A DNA stretch of 64,000 nucleotides, taken from positions 9,948,286-10,012,285 of the forward strand of contig OZ316898.1 of assembly GCA_973895155.1 (NCBI GenBank). The letters run 5' to 3'. The position numbers were made by a program, and so were the translations under genes. Position 1 is the first letter of the stretch. Each line of letters starts with the position of its first letter. Source of the stretch: Marsupella aquatica. Taxonomy: Eukaryota; Plantae; Marchantiophyta. The notes under the pieces were generated by a model. It did not search any database, had not been told where the DNA came from, and was given only the letters and a program-made list of their open reading frames with translations. Positions 34,976 through 49,567 of this stretch are shown piece by piece.

Positions 34976-35440
34976 TATTGTAAAACAAATTGCAGCCATT
35001 TGCCCTCATTATAGGCCAAATTCAATCTCAGAGAAATAAATTGAACCAATGGCCTGGACGTCTTGTAAAGCCATCCTTATCTCGTTTTTCTACTAACCAC
35101 CGACCAGCACCCTCTTCGCTGGCCACGTGGCCACCCTTAATCGCAAAGTGCTGGCGAAGGCGTGGCTGCCACTCCAAGTGACGTTCTAGAAAGATTCCGC
35201 TGGGTGACCCTAAAGTCCTACAAGTATGCAGCGACCATCGCTATTGCAGGTGAGATGCGTCCATGACATTTTTGTTTCTCGACGAATTGCTTAGAAAGAG
35301 TGAGCAGTAATTGAGCCCTGGTGCATGCGTACTTTAGCGTTACGAGAAGCAGTGAGAGTAGCAGCAACCCGAGTGTGGAATAGTGTGGATGTCTCGTTCT
35401 GTGCTTGTTGGAGTTGATTGGCTTGGTGGGTCGGTGACAG

Positions 35441-35592
35441 TATCAGGAAACTGAATGTGGATATTTTGTTCTACTGCTGGTTTGAGCTTTTGCTTTGAGA
35501 GTATCAGCAAACTGAGTGTGGATATTTGTTCTACTGCCGGTTTGAGCTTTTGCTTGGTGGGTCGGTGAAAGTATCAGCAAACTGAGCGTGGA
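35441..35592. repeat. Short tandem repeats (tatcagcaaactgagtgtggat...)
   Basis: About 60-70-bp unit, ~2.3 copies. Confidence 0.6.
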
Positions 35593-37469
35593 TTGAGATC
35601 GTAAAGCTATGTATATTTCGTTCCAGTACTGCTGCATGTTGGCGTTGATCGACTTGGTGGGTCGATAGGTTTCCCGACTGTGAAGCTACGTTACTTTTGT
35701 TCTTGTTCTAGTCTTGTTGCTGCTTGTTGGTGATTTTGATTTGGCGGGTAATTAAGCTTTCAGATCGTAGAGCTATGTCTGTTGTAGTCTCCGAAAATCA
35801 TGTTGATGTGGCTTCAACCTATAACAGACTTTTTTTGTTGGTTGAGATCTGGAAGTTCTCGCTGTATCTAGGGGAAGGAAGTCTCCTGCGCAAGAGATTT
35901 AGTGCGAATTCAACTGTCACATTTTCTGTGTGTTGTATGCTCGAGCTTCCACCAGCCGTGTCTCTAACCACTATGGTAGCTCTAATAACAGCTCCTGTGT
36001 TCACGGGACTCAGAAGTGTTAGGGTAGTTTCATGGCGGCCATGAAACTCTAATTCTGACCCTAACATCTGTAAGCCCGTTCTGAGCTCTGTCTCTTGTTC
36101 TTAGTTGGGTTGGTGCTAAGGCTTGCCGCGGCAGCTCAGTAACATGACAGTGCTTGTAGTGCCGGCTTGAGAAGAAGTTAGATCTAGATGTTGTGTTTTC
36201 AACTGCTTGTGTGGACGTCCTCTTCTTGTATCTTTGTTGCAAATGTTGCTGCCGACGGCATGCCTGAGCGCCAGGGCATACCTCCCAACTGTTTATCTTT
36301 TGCTGAGAGAACCAGGGAGCGTGGGGGTCGAAGCGTCTCTTGTTTAGTGAAGATTTGGATCTTCCGTAGTGGATTTTCCAAACTGGATTTGAGCAGTCCT
36401 CAGCTATGATTCACCTCCCATACTTAATAGTTCATGTCTGCAGAGTCGGAAGGCCGAAGTAGTTACACATTTGAACTTGGTTGGTTGGGCTGACTTGTTT
36501 TTCCAAAACCACTCAATTTCAATCTTGCTGGGCTTGGCTGGCTTGTTTTCCCAATTCCACTCAATATCAATCTGCTTGGACTGGGCTTGCTTGTCTTCCC
36601 GATGCCACTCAATACATCAAGGAGCCATGGAATTGGCAAACCCAGACCTGGAAGGAATGACGTACTGTCTCAAAGGCTGGTCTTTCATCCAAAATCTGTG
36701 GCTGATGTAGAAGAGATAGGGCCAGAGCAAATTGCACTGGAGCCCTTCTTCGTCTGCTAAGCAAGCAGTCTGCATTGTATCTTGAGTAGCATTGGAAAGG
36801 CATGTTAGCCTAGTCAGCTTCAACTATGTCATTTTGCTACATACTGATCCTTCGTCCAGAAGCTGTTGTAGAAGGGGGAGACCTAGAGCTAGTTTGTCTC
36901 TGAGCGCTTCAATTACCAATCATTTTGCTACAGGATGTTTGCGTACCTTCTAACGGTTGGAGGACTTTATAAAACTGTCACCTGATGTCACGTTATCCAG
37001 AACCATCAGAACCGTTTTCGACTTGAATCAATAATGGTTTTGATCGTTCCGGGCAACATGGAGTCACAGGGCCACGTACGTTTTACACAGGATTGTTCTT
37101 ACTGGAGGTGGGCTGTATACAGGTGACTGGGAAAGTCAAACACGGCAGGTGGATCCAAGCGAGGCAAAATCTTCAAGTGATTTGTTTATTTGTACATGGA
37201 TAGAAAGAAACTTTCGTAGAAAATAAGTAAGAGGGTAACGAAGGAACTGCTGTAGGAATCTAAGTCGTGTAGAGGTGATGAATAGAAAATATGACTTCTT
37301 GCTGGGTGGAGAATGTGCATTCTTACTTGACGAACTCTGGAAATACATTTATAAACCAAATAGAATTGGCAAAACACTCCAGACACGTAAAGAAATGCTA
37401 TAGAAAGCGGATGAGAGTTTTGTTACGACTTAGTTTTGTGACCTTGCTTTCCTCCATCCATTCACCAAT

Positions 37470-38130
<661 letters not shown>

Positions 38131-40364
38131 TACTTTCTTCTGTCATCGTGCCCAAAATTCACCTCCGCAACACCTGCCCAAGAAGGAAAAGAGGGTCACA
38201 CTACGGTATAGTTCAGGCCATGTAGCTTTCGCTATGCCTCGCTACGATTACTCCATATCGATCCTGGATCAAATCGCATCGAATTGAAGCATGTAAAACT
38301 TACAAGCTTGGAATGCTTTGTTGGCACGAGGTCGTGGATTTTGTAATGCAGAAAGTTTCCCGGGTGTGTTGCTATAATGAAGGGGAAAATTGAGCGAGTG
38401 CTCTCAGCTAATTCTGAATCAATCAAAATTGAATCCAATAGTTTTTCTATTTGAAGCTTGTATTTGAAGTTTTTCTATTTGAAGCTTCGACTGTTCCGTG
38501 GCATGAGGTTGTGGGTTCTGTGTGTAGTCAATGTCACTCTTCAGGAAAATTGAATCGAATTGAAGTTTGGAAACTTACAAGCTTCAACTGATTGTGTGGC
38601 ATAAAGTCTTAGTTTAGCATAAACTTTAGGGCCCTCTTCCCGTCCGCCCGGTATTTCTTCGTGAAGAATCAGAAACCTCGCAGCCAACCGTGCAAAGATC
38701 CTTCCCCCGATTTTGCAAACGGCGCAAACGAAGGACAGTGTGCCAAGGAACTCAGAAACCCATCGAACCGAGCAATGAACCGAGCAATGAATCGAGCAAC
38801 TGAGGCCAGGAAGCCATCTGACTAATAACAGGGCGTGCCAAACAGGAGCCAGAATAGCGTTGTCCATAATCTCCCTCACAGGGCGTGTCAAAACAGGTGC
38901 TAATTGAGGTATGGCCAAGTACATAAAACAATGGGTGTTAAATGAGATATGGCCGTGCTAAATGAAGTATGGCCAAGGACATAAAATGATCTATAAAATG
39001 ATCACATGCCCCTGGCAAAAGCTTACTAGCTACTTACATAGATGATTTTGCTCCAAAACTTTACTACTGTAGCTACCTAATTATATAGATGACTTTGCTC
39101 CAAACTATATGTCCAAATTAATCAGTCATAAGACCTTAGTTATGCTAATGTTTTGATATTCCAATACATGGCAAATGAAATGTATGTTTTCAACGGTAGA
39201 CTATGGTAGTGCTTTGACACTACCTAGTACAGGGCAAACAAAAGGTACATTTTCAACGGTAGACTGAAGCGTAATTTGAGAGCAAAAGCTCTTTGGGAGA
39301 AAAGAGTTAAGACTTTGAGCAAATTAAAACTCTGGGAGCAAAGAGCCAAGACTCTCTGAGCAAAGAGAGTGAGGAGGGGTTTTGGGAGCAAAGAGCCAAA
39401 ACTATGTGATCAAAATGAGTGGTGATGGACCTATTTATGGACCTCCATGACAAGTTCTTTGCCAAACTTGTGGCAATGCACCTTACTGAAACTACCAACA
39501 GGGTTCCCAGAAGTGATGCGCTCTAAGTCACCGGTAGATTTGTTGGAGCAAAATGAGCTGACTTGAAGTTCACAGCACTACTCCATGACATCAATTAGAG
39601 TTTCATGAGTCAATCTGTGTTATTGTGAAAATCTAGGGTTGGTCAATTCCAGGCTTAAGAGCAGTGCTATTTTTCATGTATAATTGGAATATGTATAAAA
39701 AAATAACTCATGGCCTTGTCTGAGGAGGCTACAGGCTATATTCCCAAAGGGGAATTAATTAAGTTCCATGGGGCCTTGACAGTTACCCGTCATCACGTAT
39801 TCAGCATCCCCTCTCTCCTGGAATTCAATGGTTCTGCCACCAAATTTCCAACAAGATTTGTCTTCACCCAGTTTCCCATCATCAATATGTGAGTAGGATT
39901 TCTTTGCAAATATTAAGTTTCTTACAACCCACCTTCCATCCATAATTCATTAGAAGCAAAATGAAAGCAGCTTTGTAATGAGCCCACCATCTTGTGATCA
40001 GATGAAAGATTATAAAGTGATAAGCAAAAAGAGCACCGTGAGGAAATGTTTGTTTTTTTTTACAGACCCCACGAGAAGTGTTTTGAAAGTTATCACTGCA
40101 CCTGACATAGGATGAGAAAATAATTACTTTTGAGTGTAAAATAAGATCAGTGTACGTGACATGACAAATGTTTTCAATGGATATGTTTGAGCAAACCTTT
40201 GCCAAGGCCATTGTTAGCAGTTATGTAATTTATGTACATAATGTTCATTACTCCAAAACAGTCGCCACCACAGGTCCAACACGGGTCCATAAACTAATTT
40301 TATTGTGTATGATTCTAGCCAGACCAAAATAGCCAGTCCAAGGTTGAAATACTCCAATAAGGCA

Positions 40365-40780
40365 GGAGAAATTTGCTTGGTGGTCCCCATTCTGACAAAA
40401 CTCATCTTTGTGAGGCAAAGTTTGCAATACTTTCTTTAGTTGGTGGGTTTCAAGCAGTCACAAGTTTCTTGTGTGGTGCAGTACAGTAGAGTACTGCATA
40501 CTCTCCCAAAGGCTGTGGCAAAAACAGGAATTGAGGAGACCCAGGAGGGAAGAATGCAATGAGGTAGAGGCAGCTGGCTTCAAATTTGGCCGGGAGGAAT
40601 GGGAGAGGCTTTGCTACAGAGTTTGGGCCTCTCCCTCTTCTAACTCACTTCCTGCTGGTTATAAGTATTGCCCGCACCACACAGGAACCTCATGACCTAC
40701 CAGTACAGTATTGCAAATTGAAATTTGCCTCACCAAAGCTAGTTTTTGTCAATTGGGGTCCCACCAAGCTAATTTGCTCC
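40365..40780. mobile_element. Fold-back/MITE-like element with ~65-bp imperfect terminal inverted repeats
   Basis: 40366-40431 (aatttgcttggtggtccccattctgacaaaact...gtgaggcaaa..ttgcaatact) is reverse-complementary to 40707-40779. Confidence 0.6.
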
Positions 40781-41150
40781 AAGGCAGTACCAAGTTTGTG
40801 TGTTTTGTAACCACAAGAAGTTGTGGTCAAATAAGAGCCAGCAACATTCCCAAATTATGGTGAACCTCCTTTCCAAGTTCCCCAAACTGAGAGCACCCCC
40901 ATCACACCGCTATCAGGCATGGCTCGGAACACTTTAGCAGGAGCAGCCCCTAGGGCCAGTTTTGAAACCCCCACTGTGTCTGGTCTTGGTAACTGCACAT
41001 CAAAACATGCGGGGTACAACATCCCTCCATGCTATGATAAAATGTCATGATAAACATCGTTATTTTCTTTAAATCAATGAGTGCACACTGTCTATTAACA
41101 CATTTTGATGTGTGAGTACCAGAAGGGCATTGTGCCCACACGTAGTGACA

Positions 41151-41176
41151 CCCCCCCCCCCCCCCCCCCCCCCCCC
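41151..41176. repeat. Poly-C tract (~26 nt)
   Basis: Uninterrupted C homopolymer. Confidence 0.9.
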
Positions 41177-41898
41177 CGGGGTCCTCACTTCTTTTCTTCC
41201 GACACATCGCGTGCAAAAAAGTTAGGGGGCTTTTTAATTTGATTGAGCTGAAGACTTTATAAGTTTTGTTGAAGAAATGTAGAGGTGTTTAATCCAATTT
41301 AGAGAATTATAAAAACTAAAGTATTTTTGAATACAAAATGTAAGAATATTTCATAAAGTTAGGGGTTAAAAAATGCTAAAATCTTACTTTATTTTCTTAA
41401 GTTTTAGGGTGTTTATTACTTGAAAACTTTTCGCGTGATATAAGACCTCCCTTGGAGTGAGGCCCCCAAGGTGACACCCCAATGTTGTTGCCGTGCAGTT
41501 TTTACTGCTGAGGCCAGCTTGTTCACTGAAGGCGGGACCAGTGGGGAAGCATGCCGGACTGGCCTAAACTCAATTGCCCGGGTGCAAAAGCAACTTGCCA
41601 ACAACCCAACGGTGCTGTTTGGTGACCACTGGTGGAAGTGCTCTAACCGTGGTCAATGCATGGTTTCCTTACAGTAGGTTCCAGAAAATCGAGTTTTCGA
41701 TTGGCCTTCAATTATAGTAGAATCGAGTTTTTAGTCACCTTTCTGTTCGAAAACCCACTTCTTGTTGTTAACGAGATTTCTGTTCGAGAAGAGAGTTATT
41801 TATCAACTGTCTGTTGAAGAATCGAGGTTTTGATAAGCTTTCTTCTGTTGGAGAATCGCGCGTTCCACTTGCTGTTTGTTCCATCGTCGTTCGTCAAG

Positions 41899-42162
41899 AT
41901 GCAGGCCAGCGACAGGTTCAACATCAACAGTCAGCTCGAGCACTTGCAGGCCAAGTATGTCGGGACAGGCCATGCCGATTTGAATCGTTTCGAATGGGCC
42001 GTAAACATTCAGCGGGACAGCTATGCCTCGTACATCGGCCACTATCCTCTGCTCGGCTACTTCGCCATCGCCGAAAATGAGTCTATTGGCCGGGAGCGCT
42101 ACAACCTCATGCAGAAAATGCTCCTCCCCTGCGGATTGCCACCAGAGAGAGAGGAGGACTGA
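41899..42162 (+). CDS. SF3B5: Splicing factor 3B subunit 5 (SF3b10), 87 aa, single coding exon
   Basis: MQASDRFNINSQLEHLQAKYVGTGHAD...WAVNIQRDSYASY...AENESIGRERY...MLLPCGLPPERE. Confidence 0.96.
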   Translation: MQASDRFNINSQLEHLQAKYVGTGHADLNRFEWAVNIQRDSYASYIGHYPLLGYFAIAENESIGRERYNLMQKMLLPCGLPPEREED

Positions 42163-45100
42163 TTTCGGGGTTTCTGGAATTTCTGGGGGAGCACCGTGAG
42201 GGGATGACGACTATAGGAACGAAGAAGAGCGTGCCGAGTTCGTTGCAGATGTGTTTTGGCACTGAGGTGGTTTCTCATAAATCTTGGACGGTCTGTAAAG
42301 TTTACCGTTCATGAATGTCTCCAGCGTAGGAATCCGCATGTTGACGCTTTGTTTGAATTAGGGCAACTTCCTCCAACAGTTCAGTCAGGTTTGGCATCAT
42401 CTCGTTAGAGGCGAGTTAGTATGTGTTATGAACTTTTGGAGAGTATTCTTTCTCGAAAGCTTTTGACGCCTCGCGATAGAGTTAGATGGGCTGCTTGAGA
42501 ATATTTCATTTGGAGTTATCCTTCCACTTTCTTGAAGAGTAGGCGGTTGATGCGCGTTCGGAATCGCTCACGTGACTGTAAATCTCACTGCCGTTGCGAC
42601 ACTGGCATATACTTCAATTGCAATCTTACACTGCTGAAACCCGGGAGGACATTAGGGCTCGTGGGTCAATCATTTGTTAGTTTCGTTTTGATTATATCAC
42701 TCACTGTATACTGTCGTATGTTAAGCTGGTCGTCAATTGAGTAGACTTTATTTTTCCTCATATGTTTGTAGTCTCTCGTGAATAGTTTATTCACTTCTGT
42801 ATTTTTGGTGAGTACTGAAGTGGGGCCTATATTTCTATTGGCTCCTACAAGCTTATCCTTTGCATCCCTGCTGTTGTATGGCACTGTCCTGTGGCACATC
42901 CGACTTGTCCAGGTGGTGTCTCATGTTGGATTTCTGTGCTCACGGAGGATGGTTCTGGGAAAAATTTAACTCTCTCTCTCGATCTCGCTAATTTTCACTT
43001 GGAAGGAAATTTTCATGAGGAAGATACAGTTGGATCGGTGCATTTCACTTCGTGGCGCCAGCGAAAGGACGTTAGTAGGTGCTTGGTAGTAGCAGACATC
43101 ATTAGTTGTGTGCTTTACGTGATTTCTTATTGTGCGAATTTGTGTTCCCCTCATTGGTACCCATATTGGCCGAGTGTGTTCTGGTCCCAACATGAACGTG
43201 CAGAACCAAAAGCAGTGGATTGAGTAATAATAGAATTTAACAGTCTCCGAGAACCAATCGCCATTTAGTCTGGCTGCAAGAAAATACTCCCAATTTCAAA
43301 AAATTAGGTCAAACGAATCCTTCTCTTGTGAGAACGATCGTGAGCTACTTGTGTGTGAGTGGGCACTGCATGAAGAGTATAAGTGTAGACAGAGCCATGT
43401 CCTTTTAAGTTTCATGAATGAAATGGTAGCTGGTTACTCCTCAGTTAAAAGAGATAGAGAGACATTTACGAACCCATGTGTTTTTAAGTTTCATGAATGA
43501 AATGGTAGCTCGTTACTCCCCAGTCGAAAGAAATATAGAGGCTTTTGGCAACTTGTGCATCCGAGTTGGGTAGGAAGAGTTGAAGGGGTGCTTGCACTAA
43601 GGACATGAGAAAATTGCCCTAGAACCAGGAAAGTTATTTTGTGAGATTCTACTAATAGTTCTGGGCCTAACAAGTTACATTATTACTTCGCCACTCTTTT
43701 CGCAAAAAATCCCGAGAAGCCGGTTCGAAAAGTTGGGAAAAGGAAGAGACAAAGGCGGTGGGAACCCCTTAAGGACAACTCACTTACATGCTACAAAGAA
43801 AGAATTCCCTTAGAATCTTTGGAATGAGAAACAGAGGGAAGGGGCGGTCAAGGGCCTGTACACTCACACAGGCAACTCATTCTTGAGAGAGTGTGAAACA
43901 TAGAGGCAACTCATTCTGGATAGAGTGTGAACAGAGAGAAAAGGGGCGCTCTCACAGACAGTAGAATGGTCTTGACAATCAATTGAAAATCATAATAGAA
44001 TCAAACTTGTTTGTGCAATGATGGGGGAACTATTTATGGGCAGTGATCAGCGAGGGAGATTTGTGATTCTACAAACTTTGAAGGTCTTTGCAATTCGAGA
44101 TTACATTCTACTTTGAAACGGATCGCTTCTCCAATCTAAATCCTTTCAATGGTAAACCAGCTACCAATTTATGCACTTACTTCAGTCACGTCTTTCACAC
44201 TAGTGAAGATCTCCTGGAAAGTGTTTGGAAATGGCAAACGGGGCCATTTGTTCTAAGATCAAGAGACACTAGAAAAGATGTCATGAATCTAACACTGGCC
44301 AAAGAATATAAATGTAAAACTATAATATCTGATCCTATCCATTGTGGCGAATAATCTGATTATGTACTCATTAAGAGTGGGAAGAAATTCTGGCTGTTCA
44401 CTGAAAACTGTCTTCTGGTCATGGTCCAAAAGGCCCGTGCGTGCCCTCTCCAGCCCCCACATGCCCCCAACTCCACCTTGCCATCTGTGCCTTGCCCTGT
44501 GCATCCACCATCTGTGCCTTGCCCTGTGCATCCACCTCCAGTATGCCTGCTGTAGTATGCCTTTTTCAGTGGGGCTCAAACAATGGCCTATGTAATTTAA
44601 ATAAGGTAAATAAGGTACTGAATAAAGGTTACCTTTGTGTAACCATTTCTGTAGGTCCTTGCTATTTCCATAATTTCATGCCCAGACACTCGTGATCCTT
44701 ATGATCTTCTCACCATTGCCTGATCTGCTCCCTTGTCCACCTATCAATGACAATGACAACATTTTGTGTCACTCACAGGAATATGGGCAGACGATAACAC
44801 TTTTACAGCCACAATTTGGTTGCACCAACCACCTGACTAAAATGGCAACCCTTCCAGAACCACAACATGGCCAGAACCACAACATGGCCGCAATTTGACT
44901 AGTTTATAAAAAACAAGTATTGAAATAAGGATTATAAGAAAGTTAATGAAGCAACTGCACACCTTTTTAAAAGTGAGAGAATTACAATACTTTTTAAGAC
45001 AAGTGGGTAGGTACTAGTCAATGTACCTGTATAGGTACACTACTTTATGATTCAAAGAGAAGAGACTTAACTTTGTTCCTTTTTAATTTTCTGCTCTATT

Positions 45101-46492
45101 GGGTGGGGCTCTCTATTTAGGTGACACCTGTTGATCAATCAACCATGAACAATGCAAGCTTTGCATATAAGATGCACTCATCAATTATCATAATACTAGT
45201 TGCTTGGTTGAAGGGTCGAACCTTCTCATGCAAGTACGGAAATATGCTCCTCAAAATGATAAGTAATATAGGGAACCTGATAAAAACTAAGGAAATGAAC
45301 AAAATTAATGGGGCTGCCAAAAATGACTAAATTCTAAATAGTACAGGGCTAAAGCATGGACTTGGTCAAATTTACATAAAACTACATTGCAATGAGACAA
45401 GATAGCCAAAGAGTGTCCCGCCATATAGCAGATATTACCTAGCCGAACCAGCAACACTCATGTCCGCAACTACAACACAACTACACCAACCACCCAACCA
45501 AAATGATAACACTTTTACTTGAAAATGGATAACACTTTTGCAAGCACAACACACTTACAATGACCACCTAGCCTTAACAACAACACTTCAACAGCATAGC
45601 AGAGTTGCAATGACAACACTTAGACAATGACAATAGGGTCTCAACTACAAGGGAAGGTGATCATCCAACAAGGCCATAATATAAATGGAAGAGCCAGAAT
45701 TCACACCTCTTACTAGTAATTTGAAATAGAAACCTACTTTTATGGCCTACGTCTAGGGTGTACATGAGTAATAAGGAATCTTTTTCCTGAAAGCCTGAAA
45801 GGAATGTTTTTTTGTACTCACCTACATTTATCTTTACGTCCACAAAAATGGGTAGTCAGGCTAGTAGGTTTAAGTTTACACATATCTGACTCGTTACAAA
45901 CCCTATTTGACCCCACACTAATAAAAGCAATGCTTCGGCACTCTAGTCTCTTCCGTAGGGACATTGAAATCGGGACAGATGAGAGAGAGAATGATGACCC
46001 AAGAGAAAAATTACGAACACGGGAGCTGCAGCGGATCGCTGATGACTGATGGCTGAATCTCCGTGTGAGGTTGGTTGCTGGATCTCTCGTTTGCTGTTGG
46101 AAAATGCGTCTGTACACCTGTGTTCTTCGTCTGCGTCTTCGATGGCAGCATTCGGAGAAAGCGCGAGTTGACAGAGAAGAGTGAATCGCGTTCACTGGAA
46201 TGATCTCGAGAATATGTGGATGCTCCCTTTTGCTTTGAGAGGCTTTTGTTGTCATCTCCGTGAAGGAACGGAGTGAGTGGCCATGGATGTGGGTCGCGAG
46301 CTCTTTAGGGTCTATCTATGTCTGGTCTTGATACAGAGTTTTGCTGCCACTATGAGCCTGGGGCTTGTTTCCTCACCTTCGATTAATTAATTGATTGATT
46401 GATTGGTGCGGCTCGTCGATCGGTTCTCCGGGAGGCGTTATTGATGGATGGCAAATTGACCCGAGGATGGGGTGGAAGCAGTGCTTGGTGCA

Positions 46493-49400
46493 ATGGCACC
46501 ACCTCGGATGGCGTTTTTGAAAGTTTTTGCTTTGAATAAAAAGCTTGCAAGATATGTCAAAAGTAAGGAGTATGAGAAAACTATGGAACTGTTCCAAAAA
46601 ATGGAACAGATGGGCATGGATGTAGATACTTACAGTTTTGTTCCAGTCCTCAATGCATGTGCCAGTTTGAGAGCACTGGAACGGGGGAAACACATCCACA
46701 CACTTATTAGGAAAAATGGCTTTGAGTCCAACGCCCATGTTGGCTCTGGTTTGGTTGACATGTATGCCAAGTGTGGAAGTCTGGTGGATGCTAGGACGGT
46801 GTTCAAGAGGTTACTTGTTCGAAATGTGGATACCTGGAATGCATTGATTTTGGGACATCTGAAGTGTGGCCAAGCGGAGAAAGCATGGGAAGTATATCGA
46901 TGGATGCATCAGGAGGGTGAGGAACCCGATGCTGCCACGTTTGTGGCCGTACTCAATGCTTGTGCAAGTATAGGCACGCTTGAAAAAGGCAAGTTTGTTC
47001 ATGACCAGATTATCAAATGTCACTGCGAGTCTGATGTCTTTGTGGGCAATAGCCTGCTAGACATGTATACCAAATGTGGGAGCCCAGAGGATGCTTGGAG
47101 AGTGTTCAATGACATGCCTGTTCGGACTGTGGTCACTTGGAGCACCATGATTTCGGGGTACGTAAAATGTGGTCAAGGGCAGAAGGCATTGAATTTATAC
47201 CGACAGATGCGGGAAGAAGGCGTGGATCCAAATGCTGTCACATTTACGGGGTTACTCAAGGCAGCTTCTATTGTGGGGGCCCTTGAAGAAGGAAGAAGAA
47301 TTCATGAACAGATTATTAAAAGAGATTATGAATCTGACCTATTTGTAGGAAGTAGTCTTGTCGGCATGTATGCCAAGTGTGGGAGCATAGAGGATGCTTG
47401 GAGGGTTTTCACCAAGATGCCCACACGTAATGTAGTTACTTGGAGTTCCATGATCTTAGGGTATGTGAAGTGTGGTCAAGGGCAGAAGGCATTGCAGCTT
47501 TATCAACAGATGCAAAAGGAAGGGGTGGAGCCAAACTCTGTCACTTTTGTTGGGGTTTTAAATGCTTGTGCCAGCGTAGGTGCCCTGGAAGAAGGAAGGC
47601 GAGTTCACGAACAGATTATCCAAGGGAGTTTTGAGCCTGATGGCTTTGTAGGCACTAGCCTGGTGGACATGTATGCTAAATGTGGGAGCATAGACGATGC
47701 TTGGAGCGTGTTCAAGAAGATGCAGACACGCAATGTGGTTGCCTGGAGTTCCATGATTGCCGGATACGTGAAGTGTGGACAAGCGCAAAAAGCATTGGAC
47801 CAATATCAGCAAATGAAAAAAGAGCGGGTGGAGCCAAATACAGTCACGTTTGTGGGGGTGCTGAATGCATGTGCCAGTCTAATGGCTATTGCAGATGGCA
47901 GGATTGTTCATGAACAAATTATTCAAAGTGGCTGTGAGTCTGATTTGTTTGTGGGGAGTAGTCTTATCGACATGTATGCTAAATGTGGGTGTATAGAGGA
48001 TGCTCGGAAAGTGTTTAACAAGATGGCCTTGCGTGACGTTGTTGCTTGGACTACTATGATTCTAGGATATGTAAAATGTGGACACGGGCTGGAAGCGTTG
48101 GATCTCTATCGACAAATGCAGGTGGAAGGCGCAGTGCCAGATCTTGTAACATTTCTCGGGGTGCTCAATGCATGTGGCATTGTTAAGGCACTTCAAGAAG
48201 GCAAGCTTGTTCATGAGCGGCTCGTCAAACGTGGCTTGGTATCTGACCTATTTGTGGGTAGTTGCCTTGTTGACATGTACGCCAAATGTGGGAGTATTCA
48301 TGATGCACGGAGAGTGTTCAACAAGATGCCTACAAGAACGCCAGTCGCTTGGACTGCCATGATTTTAGGATATGTAAACTGCGGGAAACAGCTGAAGGCC
48401 CTGGAGCTATCACGGCAGATGCAACTGGAAGGGGTGAAACCAAGTCGTGTCACCTTCTTGGCAGTTTTAAATGCCTGTGCGAGTGTAGGGGCTCTTGAAG
48501 AAGGCAGACGTGTACATGAGCAGATCATTCGCAGTGGTTGTGAGGCTGATGTCTACGTTGGCAGTTGCCTGATTGACATGTATGCTAAATGTGGGAGCAT
48601 AGATGACGCACAACGAGTGTTTGACAGAATGCCTTTACGTGATGTGGTGGCATGGACTGCGATGCTTGGAGGATATGCTCTTCATGGGCATGCGAAGCAA
48701 GCTCTTCAACATTTTGAAAAAATGTGCCAAGAAGGTGTTCCAGCAAATGTGATCACTTTTGTTTGTCTTTTGACAGCTTGCAGACATGGCGGCCTGGTAG
48801 ACGAAGGCCTGCAGTACTTTAAATGCATGGGTGCGGTTAACAGCATTTTGCCCACGGTGGAGCACTACACCTGTATGATTGATCTTCTTGGCCGTGCTGG
48901 TCGTCTGCATGAGGCAGAAGACCTGATCAATGGGATGTCTTGCAAACCAGATGCCACAGTCTGGATGTCATTGCTTAGTGCTTGTAGAATTCATGAAAAT
49001 GTGTTAATGGGAGAACAAGTCGCAGAAAGTGTATTGGGACTGGACCCTGGAAATGCTGCAAGCTATGTACTGTTGTCAAATATTTATGCATCTGCTGGGA
49101 AGTGGGATAGCCGTGCCAACATTCAAAGACAGAGGTGGAAAAATGGCATGAAGAAAGACCCAGGGTGCACTTGGATAGAGGTGAACAATAAGGTGCACAC
49201 ATTCAAAGTACATGACCAAGCACATCCTCAAATCACAGAAATTCACGAGGAGCTGAAGAGATTGTCTGAGAAAATGGAAGCTGCAGGGTATGTACCGGAT
49301 GTTAGATTTGTACTACAGGATATTAGAGACGAAGAAAAGTTATTTTGTTTGCGCCACCACAGTGAGAAGCTGGCTATTGCGTTTGGGCTCATTAGCACAG

Positions 49401-49567
49401 CTCCTGGGACTCCACTCCGAATGTTCAAAAACTTGCGAGTGTGTGGTGACTGTCATACTGCCATCAAATTCATTTCAAGAATAGTTAGGAGAACAATCAT
49501 TGTAAGGGACATAAATCGTTTTCATCATTTTAACGACGGGGATTGCTCTTGCGGAGATTATTGGTGA
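46493..49567 (+). CDS. PLS-class PPR protein with E1-E2-DYW deaminase (organellar C-to-U RNA editing factor), ~24 PPR motifs
   Basis: Seven P-L-S triplets plus P2-L2-S2, PG box [25 protein letters not shown] and terminal CSCGDYW. The start is uncertain (first ATG 46493; no clear transit peptide). Confidence 0.95.
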   Translation: MAPPRMAFLKVFALNKKLARYVKSKEYEKTMELFQKMEQMGMDVDTYSFVPVLNACASLRALERGKHIHTLIRKNGFESNAHVGSGLVDMYAKCGSLVDARTVFKRLLVRNVDTWNALILGHLKCGQAEKAWEVYRWMHQEGEEPDAATFVAVLNACASIGTLEKGKFVHDQIIKCHCESDVFVGNSLLDMYTKCGSPEDAWRVFNDMPVRTVVTWSTMISGYVKCGQGQKALNLYRQMREEGVDPNAVTFTGLLKAASIVGALEEGRRIHEQIIKRDYESDLFVGSSLVGMYAKCGSIEDAWRVFTKMPTRNVVTWSSMILGYVKCGQGQKALQLYQQMQKEGVEPNSVTFVGVLNACASVGALEEGRRVHEQIIQGSFEPDGFVGTSLVDMYAKCGSIDDAWSVFKKMQTRNVVAWSSMIAGYVKCGQAQKALDQYQQMKKERVEPNTVTFVGVLNACASLMAIADGRIVHEQIIQSGCESDLFVGSSLIDMYAKCGCIEDARKVFNKMALRDVVAWTTMILGYVKCGHGLEALDLYRQMQVEGAVPDLVTFLGVLNACGIVKALQEGKLVHERLVKRGLVSDLFVGSCLVDMYAKCGSIHDARRVFNKMPTRTPVAWTAMILGYVNCGKQLKALELSRQMQLEGVKPSRVTFLAVLNACASVGALEEGRRVHEQIIRSGCEADVYVGSCLIDMYAKCGSIDDAQRVFDRMPLRDVVAWTAMLGGYALHGHAKQALQHFEKMCQEGVPANVITFVCLLTACRHGGLVDEGLQYFKCMGAVNSILPTVEHYTCMIDLLGRAGRLHEAEDLINGMSCKPDATVWMSLLSACRIHENVLMGEQVAESVLGLDPGNAASYVLLSNIYASAGKWDSRANIQRQRWKNGMKKDPGCTWIEVNNKVHTFKVHDQAHPQITEIHEELKRLSEKMEAAGYVPDVRFVLQDIRDEEKLFCLRHHSEKLAIAFGLISTAPGTPLRMFKNLRVCGDCHTAIKFISRIVRRTIIVRDINRFHHFNDGDCSCGDYW

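Noticed and set aside
35724-36830. Possible decayed gene on the minus strand
   Set aside because: Only short ORFs with no identifiable domain.
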